A stretch of 64,000 nt of DNA from Octopus vulgaris (lineage: Eukaryota). A model generated the notes under the pieces. It was not told the origin of the DNA. It was given only the letters and a program-made list of their open reading frames with translations, and searched no databases. Both the position numbers and the translations under genes were made by a program. The stretch is taken from NCBI GenBank assembly GCA_951406725.2, contig OX597826.1:39370001-39434000 (forward strand). The letters run 5' to 3'. Positions 13,892 through 27,889 of the stretch are shown piece by piece. The first letter of the stretch is position 1. Every line of letters starts with the position of its first letter.

Positions 13892-16097
13892 ACGTGAAAC
13901 TGAGTGATTTATATTATTTAGTTTTGCTTCTTTAAGTTTTGAGATCAAAGCCCTGCTTAGATCGATTTATCATTAATCCACCCCTCCGCCATTATTAGGT
14001 GAAGGAGTTGATAAAATAATTAATTACTAGCTATATAGTGAAAGATATTACATTGATTACATAAATTTCAATTAAAATTGCTTCTAAAAGAAGAGCGTCT
14101 TGGGTTCAGAGAAAAGTTTTTAAATTCAATTTCGAAATGTAAATGTTAAGAAAACATACAATTGAAGATTTTTTTTAGACAATATCTTCACTCTGTGGTA
14201 AAAAATATTTCAGAAGTTATTTGTTGAGTCGGCTTATTTCTCAGATAAATGGTTTCCTGTATAACATTTTGAAGCTATTAAATGTTCAAAATTGATTATT
14301 GAAAGAAAAAAAAATAGTAAAATACAAAGTAAGGAAGTGAGGAAAAAAGTGGGTGCTAGCTTGAAAGGAAAATAGAGGGGACGGATTTTTGTAGTTCTTT
14401 AATTTTGAATCTGAAGTTTTAAATGCAATTTCTCATCAGCAAAAAAATTAACATATAGAATATTGGTTTCTTTTATACAAAATTGAACTACATTTTAAGG
14501 GGAAGTTTGTGACATTACTGGCTTTCGAATAAAAGGAACATTAACCTTATATAACAAGCCAAAGAAGTAGACAGCCTCGGAGAGCTGGAAATCTACTTCT
14601 TGTTTGTTGATGTTCGCTACTCATACTTAATTGGGAAATGGAAACACTTTATACAGGTGCGGTGTATTCAATTGACTCAATCAAATTATATTACTGGTAA
14701 ACACTTTATTGACTTCTGAGAAATTAGAGTGGATGGCCTTCGCTGGAAAGCCTTTGATTAGCTGGAAAGCCTCTGTTTAGTCAGAGCTGATTTGGACCTA
14801 GAGAACAAATGTCGTTGCTACCGCCACCAGCGATTTTGTTAACGAGGCTGTTGGTCAAAAGGCAAAAATCTTTATATTATGCAAACTAAATTTGTACGAA
14901 TAAAATAAAGACGTGAAACATTTTCCTATATTCACTATAAACACACGTGCATTTGTAGTGAATGAGAAGTACCTGCCATAAGGAATTTCATGATAAACTC
15001 ATGTATCATTCAACTACGATAGTACTTGAATAGTATTAAGGCCGCAATTTACTCGATCGCAGCATCTTCAGAGCTTTGTCGTTAATTTAGTTCTTAACCA
15101 AATTGAAAACTGTTAACATTTCTGAAGAGGGTTGGTCCCCAGCTACATTTTGGCATAAAAAATTGAGATTTGGTCTAGTAGAGAAAAGTTTACATGAAAA
15201 TTTGTAACAATGTTATAAGATGTTATAAGAGTAAGTAACGCCTCCAATCAAGTTTAGATCGAAATAACTTTTTATTTTAAAAGCGAAGTATATTTATCTT
15301 AGCTTCAATGATAGAAGAATGCATGAAGAATTTCATTGTTTTGATCCCATACAACAAAAATTTGTATAAAAGATGTAAGGTAAAATATCATGAAAAATAT
15401 ATAACTAAGGCAAAACATTGGATTTCAGTATAATTAAGTCTTATTTTAAAAACAACTATATTTTAGTTAAGCTTAAATGATAGAACCCAATCCAAAGAAT
15501 TTCATGGTATCAGTCTTTCGCAATTAAGTTTTAAAAGAAAAAAGTTATGAGTATTTGTTTCTCAAATTTGAGTGTGATAATAATGCTCTATACATTTTTA
15601 TGAATATAATTCTATAAAGGACTTTTGATATGTTACCGTTATCATTGAGGTAAGGAAATAATTATCAATGACAACGCTAATTTGCAATTAGTTTAATTAC
15701 GTAATCTGTATTAATTAATGCAATTATATCATAAAAATGAAAAAAACATTGAAATATTATTTAGAAATTTTGTCAATAGCCTAGCCATTTTGGCAATCTT
15801 TCGTTTTAACTCGATGGCGTGTGCGCGCAGCTCAGCTGTTACCTTACGGCGTTCGGTAAATTCCGGAACAAAATTTTATCTATTTATTTTTATGTGTGAA
15901 GATGTACATTTTATTTGAAGTCAGCATAAAGTGAAAAAGAGAGGGAATGGACATGCACGTGTGTATGTGTTGATAGAGGCTACGACGTGTGTATGTGTTG
16001 TGTGTGTGTGTGTGTGTGAGAAAGAGGGGGAGTGACAGCGTATACTTATAAATTTATTTTTTGTCGCATCTTTTTTCAGTGAATGTGTGAGTGATTG

Positions 16098-16163
<66 letters not shown>

Positions 16164-16508
16164 TGATAGCGTAAATTTTACATAGCTACTTATACACACA
16201 TGCAAAACAATTCTGATGAGAACACACACCTTCACTCAGTGGCTGACCTTTTCTCTCTCCCTCATGCGCACACATAAAAATACATGTATACATATGTATT
16301 TATGCATGTACGTGTATACAACAGATAATGGGTACACGTATGTGTTTGTGTGCGTGTGTGACTGACCCTAGCCATTTTAAGCATACACGACAACACCTCC
16401 CTCTCTCTGTCAGTCAATCACTCACACACTGACTGAAAAAGATGCGAGAAAAACCAAATAAATAAAACAAATTACGCTATCATTCCCTCCCTTTCTCTCT
16501 CTCTCTCG

Positions 16509-16545
<37 letters not shown>

Positions 16546-16819
16546 CAAGACCCACCTCGCTCTCTCTTTCTGACAACACACCTCTCTCTATCTCAGCCAA
16601 TCACTCACTCACTCAAAAATGATCCTAGGAAAAATAAATACACACACACGCACGCACGCACGTATACGCACACACACACACAACATACACTTTAAATTTA
16701 TTATTCAATTTTCAATAAGGTGAAGTCTTAAATTATCAATTGATAATTTTATCATCAATTTTGCCACATTATGTTGGCAACAAGCCATCCTTTTATTATT
16801 ATCATTATTATTGGGAACA

Positions 16820-16990
16820 ATGTTTCGCAGCATTTCGCCCGTCTTCACGTTCTGAGTTCAAATTCTGTCGAGGTCGACTTTGCTTTTCATCATTTCGGGG
16901 TTGATTAAATAAGTACCAGTTACGCACTGGGGTCTATGTAATCGATTTAGTCTTCCCCACCCAAATTTGAGACCTTGTGCTTCTAGTAAA
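16820..16990 (+). mobile_element. SINE family B (Meta-domain-like core)
   Basis: gagttcaaattc...gaggtcgactttgcttttcatc..tcgggg...aaataagtaccag; the Meta-domain resemblance is from memory. Confidence 0.7.
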
Positions 16991-17081
16991 AAGAATTATT
17001 ACTATTACATATTTATATATATACACCAATATTTGTATACTCACATTTCCGCATCTTATTACCAGCGAAATTAGGGTTACT

Positions 17082-17164
17082 TTCTTCTTCTTCTTCTTCT
17101 TCTTCTTCTTCTTCTTCTTCTTCTTCTTCTTCTTCTTCTTCTTCTTCTTCTTCTTCTTCTTCTT
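17082..17164. repeat. (TTC)n microsatellite
   Basis: Visible directly. Confidence 0.95.
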
Positions 17165-17199
17165 TTCCTATCCTTCCTCATATCCCCTCCTCCCACTTT

Positions 17200-17965
17200 T
17201 GCTTCTTCTTCTCCTAACTATATTATTATCTGTTTTGGTATTGACATTGTGCTTGCCCTGTCCGTCTTTTCACAATTTTACTTTCATCTATACCTTATGT
17301 TGCCTCTTGTTGCCTCTCCCTCCATCGTCACCCCTTCCTCGTTAATCCACCCTTACACATACCAACCCACTATCCCTATACATCCCATCTCCCATCCCCC
17401 CATCCTTTAGAACCCACCCTTGCTCCCCCCACTCTTGCCTCCACCACATCCCAACACCACTATACTACGCTACACACTACTACACCACACACCACCTTAC
17501 CACACCACATCATACCACCTCGCACACACTAGCACTGACCACTTTCCAGCACTCACACCAACGCACACACTAGCACTGACCACTTCCCAGCACCTACACT
17601 ATCGCCCACACACCTACACATGCACACACGCACACGTCAATGTCACCAGCCCCCTTTCACACGCACATACACGCTCTCACATACAACGCACACGCACCTT
17701 CGATTTGGTATCACCACTACTTTATTATCTGCCCTTCTTCCTAGCTCTCCTGTGTGACACCTCTGTTCTGCATTCGCCATGATGGATCGCTAGCCACTAA
17801 ACCTTTTTCTATTTGCTCTCCCTGTTTATTTATGTGTTCTTTTTTGTGGAAGAGCGTAGGCACGAAACGTAAAAGACTTTCTCACTTTCCGAGCGTTAAA
17901 CTAATACATCTATTTGTTGTTTACACACCCGTCTTCGTCTTTTGTTTCTTTTGTAAATTCTCACT
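17200..17965 (+). mobile_element. Probable Penelope-like terminal repeat/UTR remnant
   Basis: C-rich tract, then a degenerate hammerhead (17838-17876) and aaactaataca...gtcttcgtctttg, which is shared with 22648-22695 next to the GIY-YIG ORF. Confidence 0.45.
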
Positions 17966-18010
17966 ATATATATATTTTCTTGCTTGTTCATCTTTGTTCA
18001 TGTTTGGATT

Positions 18011-18070
<60 letters not shown>

Positions 18071-18241
18071 GTACATAAATGTTTGCTTGTATATGCATAT
18101 TTGCATTTGTACATTTATATATAAATATACATATTCATGCATATATCAGGCACACACACACATACACACAAATGTATATACACGTATGTATAAATTTACT
18201 TTTGCATTGTGTCTAAGGGTCATTATGCCAATCTAAATTTA

Positions 18242-18299
<58 letters not shown>

Positions 18300-19539
18300 C
18301 ACAAGTATATATATATGTATATATACATACATACACACACATGTATATATATATACAGACACAAACACACACAAGTACATAAATTTAACTACAAATGCTG
18401 ACACAGACACATACAAAAATATACACACGTACACATATATCAAACGTATCATAGCAAGCATACTTACCTCACACTATCAATTTATTCAATTAGCTCTGCA
18501 TGTTGAATGAGCTGTATCGGATCGGATAAGTAACAGTCATTTTGACGTCACTAAATCTATAGGGAATTCCTTTGAGTCGTAGTTTAGTTCAGCTTATTCA
18601 CTTCGATTAACACCTGAAACGGTATCTGTTCGGTATTAAAATTAGATCGTGTTACACTATTTAGGAATTCGACTTACAATCAGGTATTTGGTGTCTAGTT
18701 ACTCCCCGAGGAATAGAATAGCAAAAATTGTTTCGAACGAAACTCTAGGAATCGTAATAGAAATTGACGTAGTTGTTATTGTCGTCGTCGTTGCAGCTGC
18801 TTCTGCTTGTATTGTTGATATTCTTATTGATATTTTTTGTTATTTTTGTTGTTGTTGTAAGTATTCTACGTACGAGAGTGAAGTACTGAATTAATAGATC
18901 TCTGAAGAAAACGTTTGCAGTATTTAGTTACATCCCTTTGCGTTTTGGGTCGACTTTGGTTTTCTTTCTTTGGAAGTCGATAAAATAATGTTCTGCCAAT
19001 AAAGTTCTGAGATCGATTCAGATGGCTACACCCAACCCATGCAAGAAAAAATGTGGCACTGGCCCAACGTACGAAATGGTTCTTACTATTTATATGATAT
19101 ACGCTTTGTGAAAAACAGCATGAATTAGATACATTTTAGAGAAAATACATAGAACTGTGGAAGGTTAACAAAAATGCTCATCGCAAAGTATTGAAGGTTA
19201 ATAAGGATGATTCTAAGCAAGAATGTTCAATGCGAACAAGTGTGTTTAATGTAACCCAAATTAGGGAATGCTGTGAGAACGTCCTAACACTGTTTATAGA
19301 GTTTAGTATTTCTATATTCTTGAATATCCCTACGCCTGTCCATATTGGTAACTTGTCAATGTTTTTATAGAAACAGTTGCAACAAATCGGTGGTGCTTGA
19401 ATAAAACTTTGCATACATACATGCACATATACATACACATATACATACATACACATATATACATACATACATACATACATACATACATACATACATGGTG
19501 GTTGTATATTCCTTATGCAGAGTTTGACCACTTCCTATA

Positions 19540-19800
19540 CCTCCACCTTAGAACCATCATGGCATCTGATGTGGCTTTTTAAACCAGACAATGTTCTAAA
19601 AGACACCCATATAGATGCACATCCGATTTGGACCACCAAGAGCTACGGATAAGTTCTGATCTTTGTGGATCTTAAATTGTCTTTTGAGGCCTCCGTTAGA
19701 TTTGAAAACCTTCTGACATATACTGCATTCAAAGGTATGCACAGACATATAGGCAGAATAGTTGGTGGAGGTTCGTTTTCCATGGGTTCGCAAATGAGAC
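19540..19800 (-). mobile_element. C2H2 zinc-finger fragment, probably the 3' end of an RTE-type LINE
   Basis: FECSICQKVFKSNGGLKRQFKIHK plus a second decayed GLKSHIRCH motif; bounded by (TACA)n. Confidence 0.5.
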
Positions 19801-20135
19801 ACATACACACATACATACAAACATACGTACATACATACATACAATCATACATACATACATACATACATACATACATACATACATACACACATACATACAT
19901 ACATACATACATACATGCATACATACATACATACATACATACATACATACATACATACTGCAAGAGACGTGATTAATCATCATGTGGACCGCATTACTAA
20001 AATTTTCAAGATAATTTTGCATTAGGCGTGCCATTTGGAAAGTCCAAACAAAGTAGCTATCATTTTGGATTTGGCAACGTTTTATATTCAAACTGGAAGT
20101 TTTAGCTTCCTGTAATTTCTATGCAAGTCTGCTCG

Positions 20136-20236
<101 letters not shown>

Positions 20237-20659
20237 GTCTGTCTGTCTATCCGATTGCCTGTCGTTCGCGTCGTCTCGTGTAAGTTCATATATTTTGTCG
20301 TGTTTACTTATCTATACCTGTATGTATTTTGTCAGAAAGTTTCCTAATAACATCGCGCTCAAAAAATTGCCCTCTAAGGTCGAATTTTCATATAGCAAAA
20401 ATTTAAAAATACATATTTTGCGAATGAAAAAAACAACTAGATCCGAAAAACTTCCACCACTTGCAAGTTTCCAAATAACGGTACATGCCATTAAAAAAAA
20501 ACTAAAACTAAACTAAACTAAACAAAAGCTCTATACTATCACGGTAATGTTTTTCTTATTAACAATTCTATAAATGATCCTCTAAGGAGCTGAAAGATTA
20601 TTCTCTTGAAATTAAGTTCTAACCACAATAACCGTATATAATTCCGCGGAAAAGTAAAC

Positions 20660-20798
<139 letters not shown>

Positions 20799-21499
20799 TT
20801 CACATTTCTTGCTTTCATATAACCTTCATTTCTTGAAGTCAGACAGCAAATTGACGAAACTACATGTTATTATGAAGCATTGAAGCGCTCGACGCATACA
20901 ATAGTTTGGTAGATAGGAAGATAGATAGATAGATAGATAGGTAAACGTATACATACATGCATAGATACGTACATAAATATATACATATGTTAGCAAATTG
21001 CGAGATGCACACAAACACCTTCCACCCACACGCACACACACTAATACACAAAAATATATAGAGCGCTAATCAACCTTTGTTAGCATTCTAAATATATTCA
21101 ATAAAATCTAGATTAGTGCGTCAGATACATCTGTATGCAGCTGTCTGTTTATATATGCATGCCTGCATACATGCCTGTATACATGCCTCTCTCACTATCT
21201 CACTATCTCCCTTTCTCTCCCCATCTTCCTTTCTATCTCCCTACCTATCCTTCCATGCCCACGTATCTAATTGTTAATCAATGACCGAATGTTGATTTGT
21301 ATTACTTTATATTTGCGCAATTCAAAATATGCTCTTTTAAAATTTAACAAGTTCACCAAAGAGTTGTTTACATTCTTTCATCTCGTTACTTCAGTAGTTA
21401 CATTAAATATCGATAGAACACTTTTTATATATATAAGCACACTCTAAAGCATTAGAACAGTAATATATATTTTCGGAAGTCAACATTTGACATATATAT

Positions 21500-22637
21500 A
21501 TTTTGAAACATGAAATTCATCACAATATATTTCAACAACGCAGAAATTTTATTCATCAAAGTAAGTACCATTGCAATCAACACATTTTTGCCAATTAGTT
21601 ACAAGTTTGTTTAATGCGGTGACATAAAAATCTGGAGTTCTGGAGCTGATGAACTCTTTGAACGCACTTTCAGCATCAGTTTGATTATTGAACTCCTACT
21701 CTCGCAGGAAACCATCAAGGTGTTTTAAAGAGTGGTAGTCGGTAGGAGAAAGGTCTGGGGAATAAGCTAGGTGGGGAAGAACTTCGTAGCCAAGTTCCCT
21801 CAACTTCTGGAACGTTATTAGTGAAACGTGTGTTCGGGCCTCGTCATGAAGATTGACTGGCCATCTTCTGTTGACCAGTCTGAGAGGAAGGAGTAGCAGT
21901 TTTTCGTTCGTTTTGGTAATTTCATGTCTATATGTTTCTGCAGTAATAATTTTTCCGGGTTTTAAGAAGCTAAAGTGGATGAATCCAGCAGTACGCCACT
22001 AAACAGTCACCATAACCTTCTGTTTGAAGAGCTCGGATTTAGGGAAGGTTTTCGGTGCTTCAGTTTAGTCCAACCACTGTGAATAACGTTTTTTTTTTAT
22101 TATTGTACAGAATCCACTTTTCATTGCAAGTTACAATTTGGTCGAGAAATGGATCGGTTTGGTTACAGAGAAGAAGCTACTTCTCGAGTGGTTTTACATG
22201 GATCTTTCTCAAATGACGGTCTTTAATTGACTGTCATCGATGACAGATGGCCATCCCCTACGCTCACGATCTTCAAGGCTCAGGTTTCCACTGCGAAATC
22301 GTTTAAACCATTTTCGAATTGACCACTCACTTGTCATTTCCTCACCAAATGTTTCATTGATAACGCGATCAGTTTCAGCTGTTTTACGTCCTTTTTTGAA
22401 GTTGAATAGCAAAACTGCTCGAATGTCACGCTTTGACAGTTCTATTTCAGATGATTGTAAGAACGGTGAAAAAAATATCAATATTAATTTATTGAGGCAT
22501 TTGGGCAAGTCTATATCTCTATTATCAGACAATTGCAAAAGAAAAAAAAATGCTTTAAAAAAACTCAAAACTCTTCCAAAATCCGGTACAAATTCTTCAC
22601 GGTTCAAAATGTTCCTTACTTTTTACTCAACCTGATA
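21500..22637 (-). mobile_element. mariner (DD34D) transposon, decayed
   Basis: HTH IRAVLLFNFKKGRKTAET...IRKWFKRFRSGNLSLEDRERRG, YSPDLSPTDYH; terminus TATCAGGTTGAGTAAAAAG beside TA. Confidence 0.85.
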
Positions 22638-22699
22638 TATAAGCATCAAACTAATACACTTGCTTGTTGTTCCTACACTTGTCTTCGTCTTTGTTCAGA

Positions 22700-23580
22700 A
22701 GGATAGGGTTCGAGTATACAGGGGTGAGAGAAAGAAATTAGATAATATTATATGTAATAGTATCAGTGCCTAGATATAGAAACAAAGATATAGGATACAA
22801 AGAATTTATGACAGCAAACAGAGCGAACACGTGGTATATGGCCGAAAAATATCAAGGAGTGATGCTTGTAGAGGCCACAGCCCATGGAGAACTAGCCCGT
22901 ATTTTAGAAAAGCTCGGAAGGAAATCAAACACATTAAGATTGTTGAAAAGCCAGGGAACTCCGTCAGATTTCAACTATGTAGGACGTACCCATTTAAGAA
23001 TAACATATGCACCAATGATAACTGCATAGTATATAGGATTATCCTCGGCATTTACTGTAGAATTAGAAATGTAGTTTACAGCATAAAATGCATAGAAGGT
23101 GCTTGTAAAAACATGAACATGACATACGTAGGGGAGACATCTAGGAGCATTGCGGAACGACTAAATGAACATTTGAGACAATATGACGACAAAAAACAGT
23201 CATTCATACTCTACCAGCATGCTAAGGACAAGCATGGAGGTAACCTGGGTCAGCTTGACATCCGCATCTTATCCAAGCACCCAAAGGACACAACACTCAG
23301 ACAAATACAGGAGTACGTCACTTTGTTTACAATATATTGTTAGCGTTAGCGAACTCTGGCTATCGCTCTGGCATGCAGATGCTCGCGACTGAGGACGAGC
23401 CAAATAGCTCGAAACTGAGGTAGTCTCGCGATCCTGCTTCCTGCTAGTGTGCATTAGGAGTAATATTGTATATAAAAGGTGCAGAATCAGGCCGATAACC
23501 AGCTGGCGGAGAACCTCTGTGGGGTTTAAACTAGTAGTAACACGGAAGAGCCATTTTAATGTGGCAACTGACTTTATTTC
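22700..23580 (+). mobile_element. Penelope-like element 3' fragment: GIY-YIG endonuclease plus pLTR
   Basis: ORF 22831-23343: CRIRNVVYSIKC...YVGETSRSIAERLNEH...LYQHAKDKH...RQIQE; followed by a hammerhead and TATATAAAAG; ends at (TA)n. Confidence 0.85.
23384..23430 (+). ncRNA. Type I hammerhead ribozyme motif in Penelope pLTR
   Basis: cgcga CTGAGGA c gagc caaata gctc GAAA ct gaggt ag TC tcgcg; predicted cut after 23425. Confidence 0.75.
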
Positions 23581-23695
23581 ATATATATATGTGACAGCGT
23601 GTATATCGTGAAATCCCCCTTCTTTCTTGCCTTTCCTGAGCGTCCAATAACACTGTACTTCTTCCCCGTCCTCGCGTTGTTGTGTTTTCTCTTTG

Positions 23696-23795
<100 letters not shown>

Positions 23796-24180
23796 ATATG
23801 TATTTGTAAATGTTTCGTATGCATATATGTATGCGTGTTATATTTATATTTATTGTTTATATTGTTATTAAGCACATTATAAAGATTGTTGTCATAAGTG
23901 GAACTCAGCATTTTTATATGTTTATTTAATAATTCGCTAGAAATTTCCTCGTAAATCAACGTTTCTTTTTAGATTCACTTCTTAGTGGTTGTTACCTAGC
24001 AAGGAAGAATATCATATAATTCCTATCTGTAACTCTTCCTCCTCGCTCTCAGTTTCTTTCTCTCTCACTCATACACGTATATGTGTATATATATATACAT
24101 ACACACACACATATTTTTTTCTTTTCACTCTGTCTTTCTGTCTGTCTCTTTCTCTATCAGCTATAAAAATCCATTTCTGC

Positions 24181-24556
24181 TCTAGGCAAAAGGACCGAAA
24201 TTTTTGGGGGAGGGTGCCAGTCGATTAAATCAATCCCAGTACTTAATTTATCGACCCTGAAAGGATGAAAGGCAAAGTCGACCTCGGCGGAATTTGAACT
24301 CAGAACGTAGCGGCAGACGAAATACCTATATCTTTACTGCCCACAAGGAGCTACACAGAGAGGGGACAAACAAGGACAGACAAACGGATTAAGTCGATTA
24401 TATCGACCCCAGTGCGTAACTGGTACTTATTTAATCGACCCCGAAAGGATGAAAGGCAAAGTCGATCTTGGCGGAATTTGAACTCAGAACGTAGCGGCAG
24501 ATGAAATGCCGCTAAGCATTTCACCCGGCGTACTAACGTTTCTACCAGCTTGCCGC
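24181..24556 (-). mobile_element. SINE family B, two partial tandem copies
   Basis: Internal ~80-bp duplication of gaaaggatgaaaggcaaagtcga...gaatttgaactcagaacgtagcggcag. Confidence 0.8.
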
Positions 24557-24603
24557 TTTCCAAAAGGACATATATTAACGTCAGCAAAAATATGAACACA
24601 GAG

Positions 24604-24763
24604 AGGAGTGGCTGTGTGGTAAGTAGCTTGCTTACCAACCACATGGTTCTGGGTTCAGTCCCACTGCGTGGCACCTTGGGCATGTGTCTTCTACTATTGC
24701 CTTAGGCCGACCAAAGCTTTGTGAGTGGATTTGGTAGACGGAAAATGAAAGAAGCTAGTCGTA
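24604..24763 (+). mobile_element. SINE family A, 5' half
   Basis: Matches family A. Confidence 0.85.
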
Positions 24764-24895
24764 TATATGTATATATATGCATATGTATGTGTGTGTATAT
24801 GTTTGTGTGTCTGTGAAACTGAAACAAGCCAGTCGTGTATACGTTCGCTATTTTCCAGTAATTGTGTGTCTGTGAAACTGAAACAAGCCAGTCAT

Positions 24896-24959
<64 letters not shown>

Positions 24960-24964
24960 TTATA

Positions 24965-25126
24965 GGCGTAGGAGTAGCTGTGTGGTAAGTAGCTTGCTTA
25001 CGAACCACATAGTTCCAGGTTTAGTCCCACTGCATGGCACCTTGGGCAAGTGTTTTCTACTATAGCTCCGAGCCGACCAAACCTTGTGAGTGGATTTGGT
25101 AGACGGAAACTGAAAGAAGCCCGTCG

Positions 25127-25187
<61 letters not shown>

Positions 25188-25388
25188 ATGTGTGTGTGTG
25201 TATATGTTTGTGTATCTGTTTGTCCTCCCCAACATCGCTTGACAACCGATGCTGGTGTGTTTACATCCCCGTAACTTAGCGGTTCGGCAAAAGAATAAGT
25301 CCTTGGATCGATATTTGCTCGACTAAAAGGCGGTGCTCCAGCATAGCCACTGTCAAACGACTGAAACAAGTAAAATAATAAAAGAGTA
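24965..25388 (+). mobile_element. SINE family A, near full length
   Basis: tRNA-like head, CORE-like ggcaccttgggcaagtg, internal (TA)n(TG)n, 3' tail gactgaaacaagtaaaa. Confidence 0.9.
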
Positions 25389-25480
25389 TATATAGATGTA
25401 TGTATATGTATGTATATATTGATTATATATATATACATACATACATATATATATATGTGTGTGTGTGTGTGTATGTAATT

Positions 25481-25682
25481 GTGTGTCTGTGTTTGTCCCC
25501 CCCAACATCGCTTGACAACCGATGCTGGTGTGTTTACGTCCCGTAACTTAGCTGTGCGGCAAAAGAGACCGATTGAAGAAGTACTAGGCTTACAAAGAAT
25601 AAGTCCTGGTGTCGATTTGCTCGACTAAAGGCGGTGCTCTAGCATGGCCACAGTCAGATGACTGAAACAAGTAAAAGAGTAA
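25481..25682 (+). mobile_element. SINE family A, 3' half
   Basis: Matches the family A 3' part. Confidence 0.85.
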
Positions 25683-26273
25683 CGGAATGAATATTTTGTC
25701 GCTTTGTTGGGAATAATAATAAAAACAAGCTAAATACGTTTAAGTGTCAAAGAAAGGACAACTGTACTAGTATAAAGATCTGCTTTACGCCTTTCTTTAT
25801 AGCAAGTTATCTTTTCAATATTCATGTTAAAATATGTTGTATATAAACTGTTATGCAAACATGAAGAAAAAAGTGTGATATTGGATTTACACCATATATG
25901 TTGGCGATATCACAAACGTATTTAAACGACATCAGATGGCAGAATATCAAAGACGGGAATTTGCATAAATGTTTGTATTTTTAAACGTGGTTTTTATGAA
26001 TTAACGTATAGCCATGTGCACTTATGTATACGTGTGTACGTTTTTATATTAGAATATAGAAAACCCGTTCCCGGTTCTGCTCATCTCCAGACAAAATGCA
26101 GGTTCCATTATTTTGATAGGAAGAAATTAAACATTTCTGCCCTACGTGTATATTGAAATATTTGAAAACGTTGTAGCTGCTTTTGCAAAATAACAGGAAA
26201 CGCTAAAACAAGGGTTCTGCACCACTTTACTTTCAAACCGATCCGTGCGCGCGAGTATGTGTGTGTGTATACA

Positions 26274-26275
<2 letters not shown>

Positions 26276-26342
<67 letters not shown>

Positions 26343-26343
26343 A

Positions 26344-26438
<95 letters not shown>
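26276..26438. repeat. (CA)n(TA)n compound microsatellite
   Basis: Visible directly. Confidence 0.95.
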
Positions 26439-26442
<4 letters not shown>

Positions 26443-26489
26443 CAGTGTCAGCTGTTCACTACCAGTGAACTAAAGTAACACCTCTTATT

Positions 26490-27021
26490 TTATGAGCACC
26501 TTCCAGAGTATTCGAGCGGTTCCAAGCAGTGCTGTTTTCTGCAAGTGCTCCACCCTTATTGCAGGCCATATTTGTTCCACGTACTTCTCGAGTTTTGCTC
26601 ACTGTTCCCAGGGCTCCAACAAGTATTGGTACTCCTGCTACCTTTTTCCATCAACCACAACTGCCTAACTTCCCAAGCTAACCTGTCATATATCCCGACT
26701 TTTCTTTCTTCCTTATCGCATACCTTGTTGTTAGCTGGGCATGCTATATCTATGATCCAGTATAGTTTATTTTATTTCTCAATTACAACCATGTCCGGCT
26801 TCCTATTCTCATGGTCGCTCTGAATCATAAAATCCCATAGGACCTTTGCATTATTATTTTCGACGCTGTCTTCAGGCTTGCGGTCGTACCAATTTTTTGC
26901 TCTGTCAAGTCCATACTTGTTGCAGCGTCCAATGGACAAGCCTGACTATATTGTCGTGGCGTCTCTTATATTCCTTCTGGGCTAGTGGCGTACATTGGCT
27001 GGTAATATGCCATGCGGTTTC
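26490..27021 (-). mobile_element. R4/Dong-clade LINE 3' fragment (zinc knuckle plus RLE endonuclease)
   Basis: ETAWHITSQCTPLAQKEYKRRHDN, VLWDF, RKPDMVV, IIDIACP, VGALG, LQKTALLGTARIL; abuts (TAA)n. Confidence 0.85.
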
Positions 27022-27022
27022 A

Positions 27023-27057
<35 letters not shown>

Positions 27058-27145
27058 CATCATCATCATCATCATCATCATCTTCTTCATCATCATCATC
27101 ATCATCATCATTATCATCATCATCATCATCATATTATTATTATTA

Positions 27146-27214
<69 letters not shown>
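27023..27214. repeat. (ATT)n(CAT)n(ATT)n compound microsatellite
   Basis: Visible directly. Confidence 0.95.
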
Positions 27215-27216
<2 letters not shown>

Positions 27217-27621
27217 TGTATTCTTGTTTCGCTGCTCTTTATTTCCAGTTCAGCAGGTGCTGCAGTAGTTGTTATATTACTTGTTGGCAACTGAAAATCT
27301 TATGAAAGCCATGTTCCTTTGCAAAGTTGTACAACAGAACAGCTTCAACAAAACCAGTTGTAACTATTTAACTAGCTTAGCTAGGAATTAATTAGGAGAA
27401 CAGAATCGTTTTAACAATATGGCAAATGTCTTATTATTTTCTTATTTTCATTCTCGTCCTCTCTCGCTTCCTCTCGCTATCTATCGCTTTCTCTCGCTTG
27501 TTTTCCCTCTTTTTCTCTTTCTATTTCCTAGCTTATCCGCAATAAAGACACATATTGTAGAATTAATGGCACACAGTGTACTGGGGAAGCACTTAAGAGA
27601 CCAAAATAATCAGTACTAACT

Positions 27622-27754
27622 ACCACCACCACCACCACCACCACCACCACCACCACCACCACCACCACCACCACCACCACCACCACCACCACCACCACCA
27701 CCACCACCACCACCACCACCACCACCACCACCACCACCACCATCACCAACACCA
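27622..27754. repeat. (ACC)n microsatellite
   Basis: Visible directly. Confidence 0.95.
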
Positions 27755-27889
27755 CGTCTTTGATATTAGGTACTAAACAACAGTTATAAGACAGATACCA
27801 TGAGACAGTGCGCAGGATATCAAATTGCTCAATCTGCTAGAAAGAGCGACTAAACTTCCTTTAAGTTTCTCAATACCTTTCAAAGAATG

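Noticed and set aside
19620-19760. Host C2H2 zinc-finger gene exon
   Set aside because: First His is lost, it is embedded in microsatellite, and it fits an RTE C-terminal finger better
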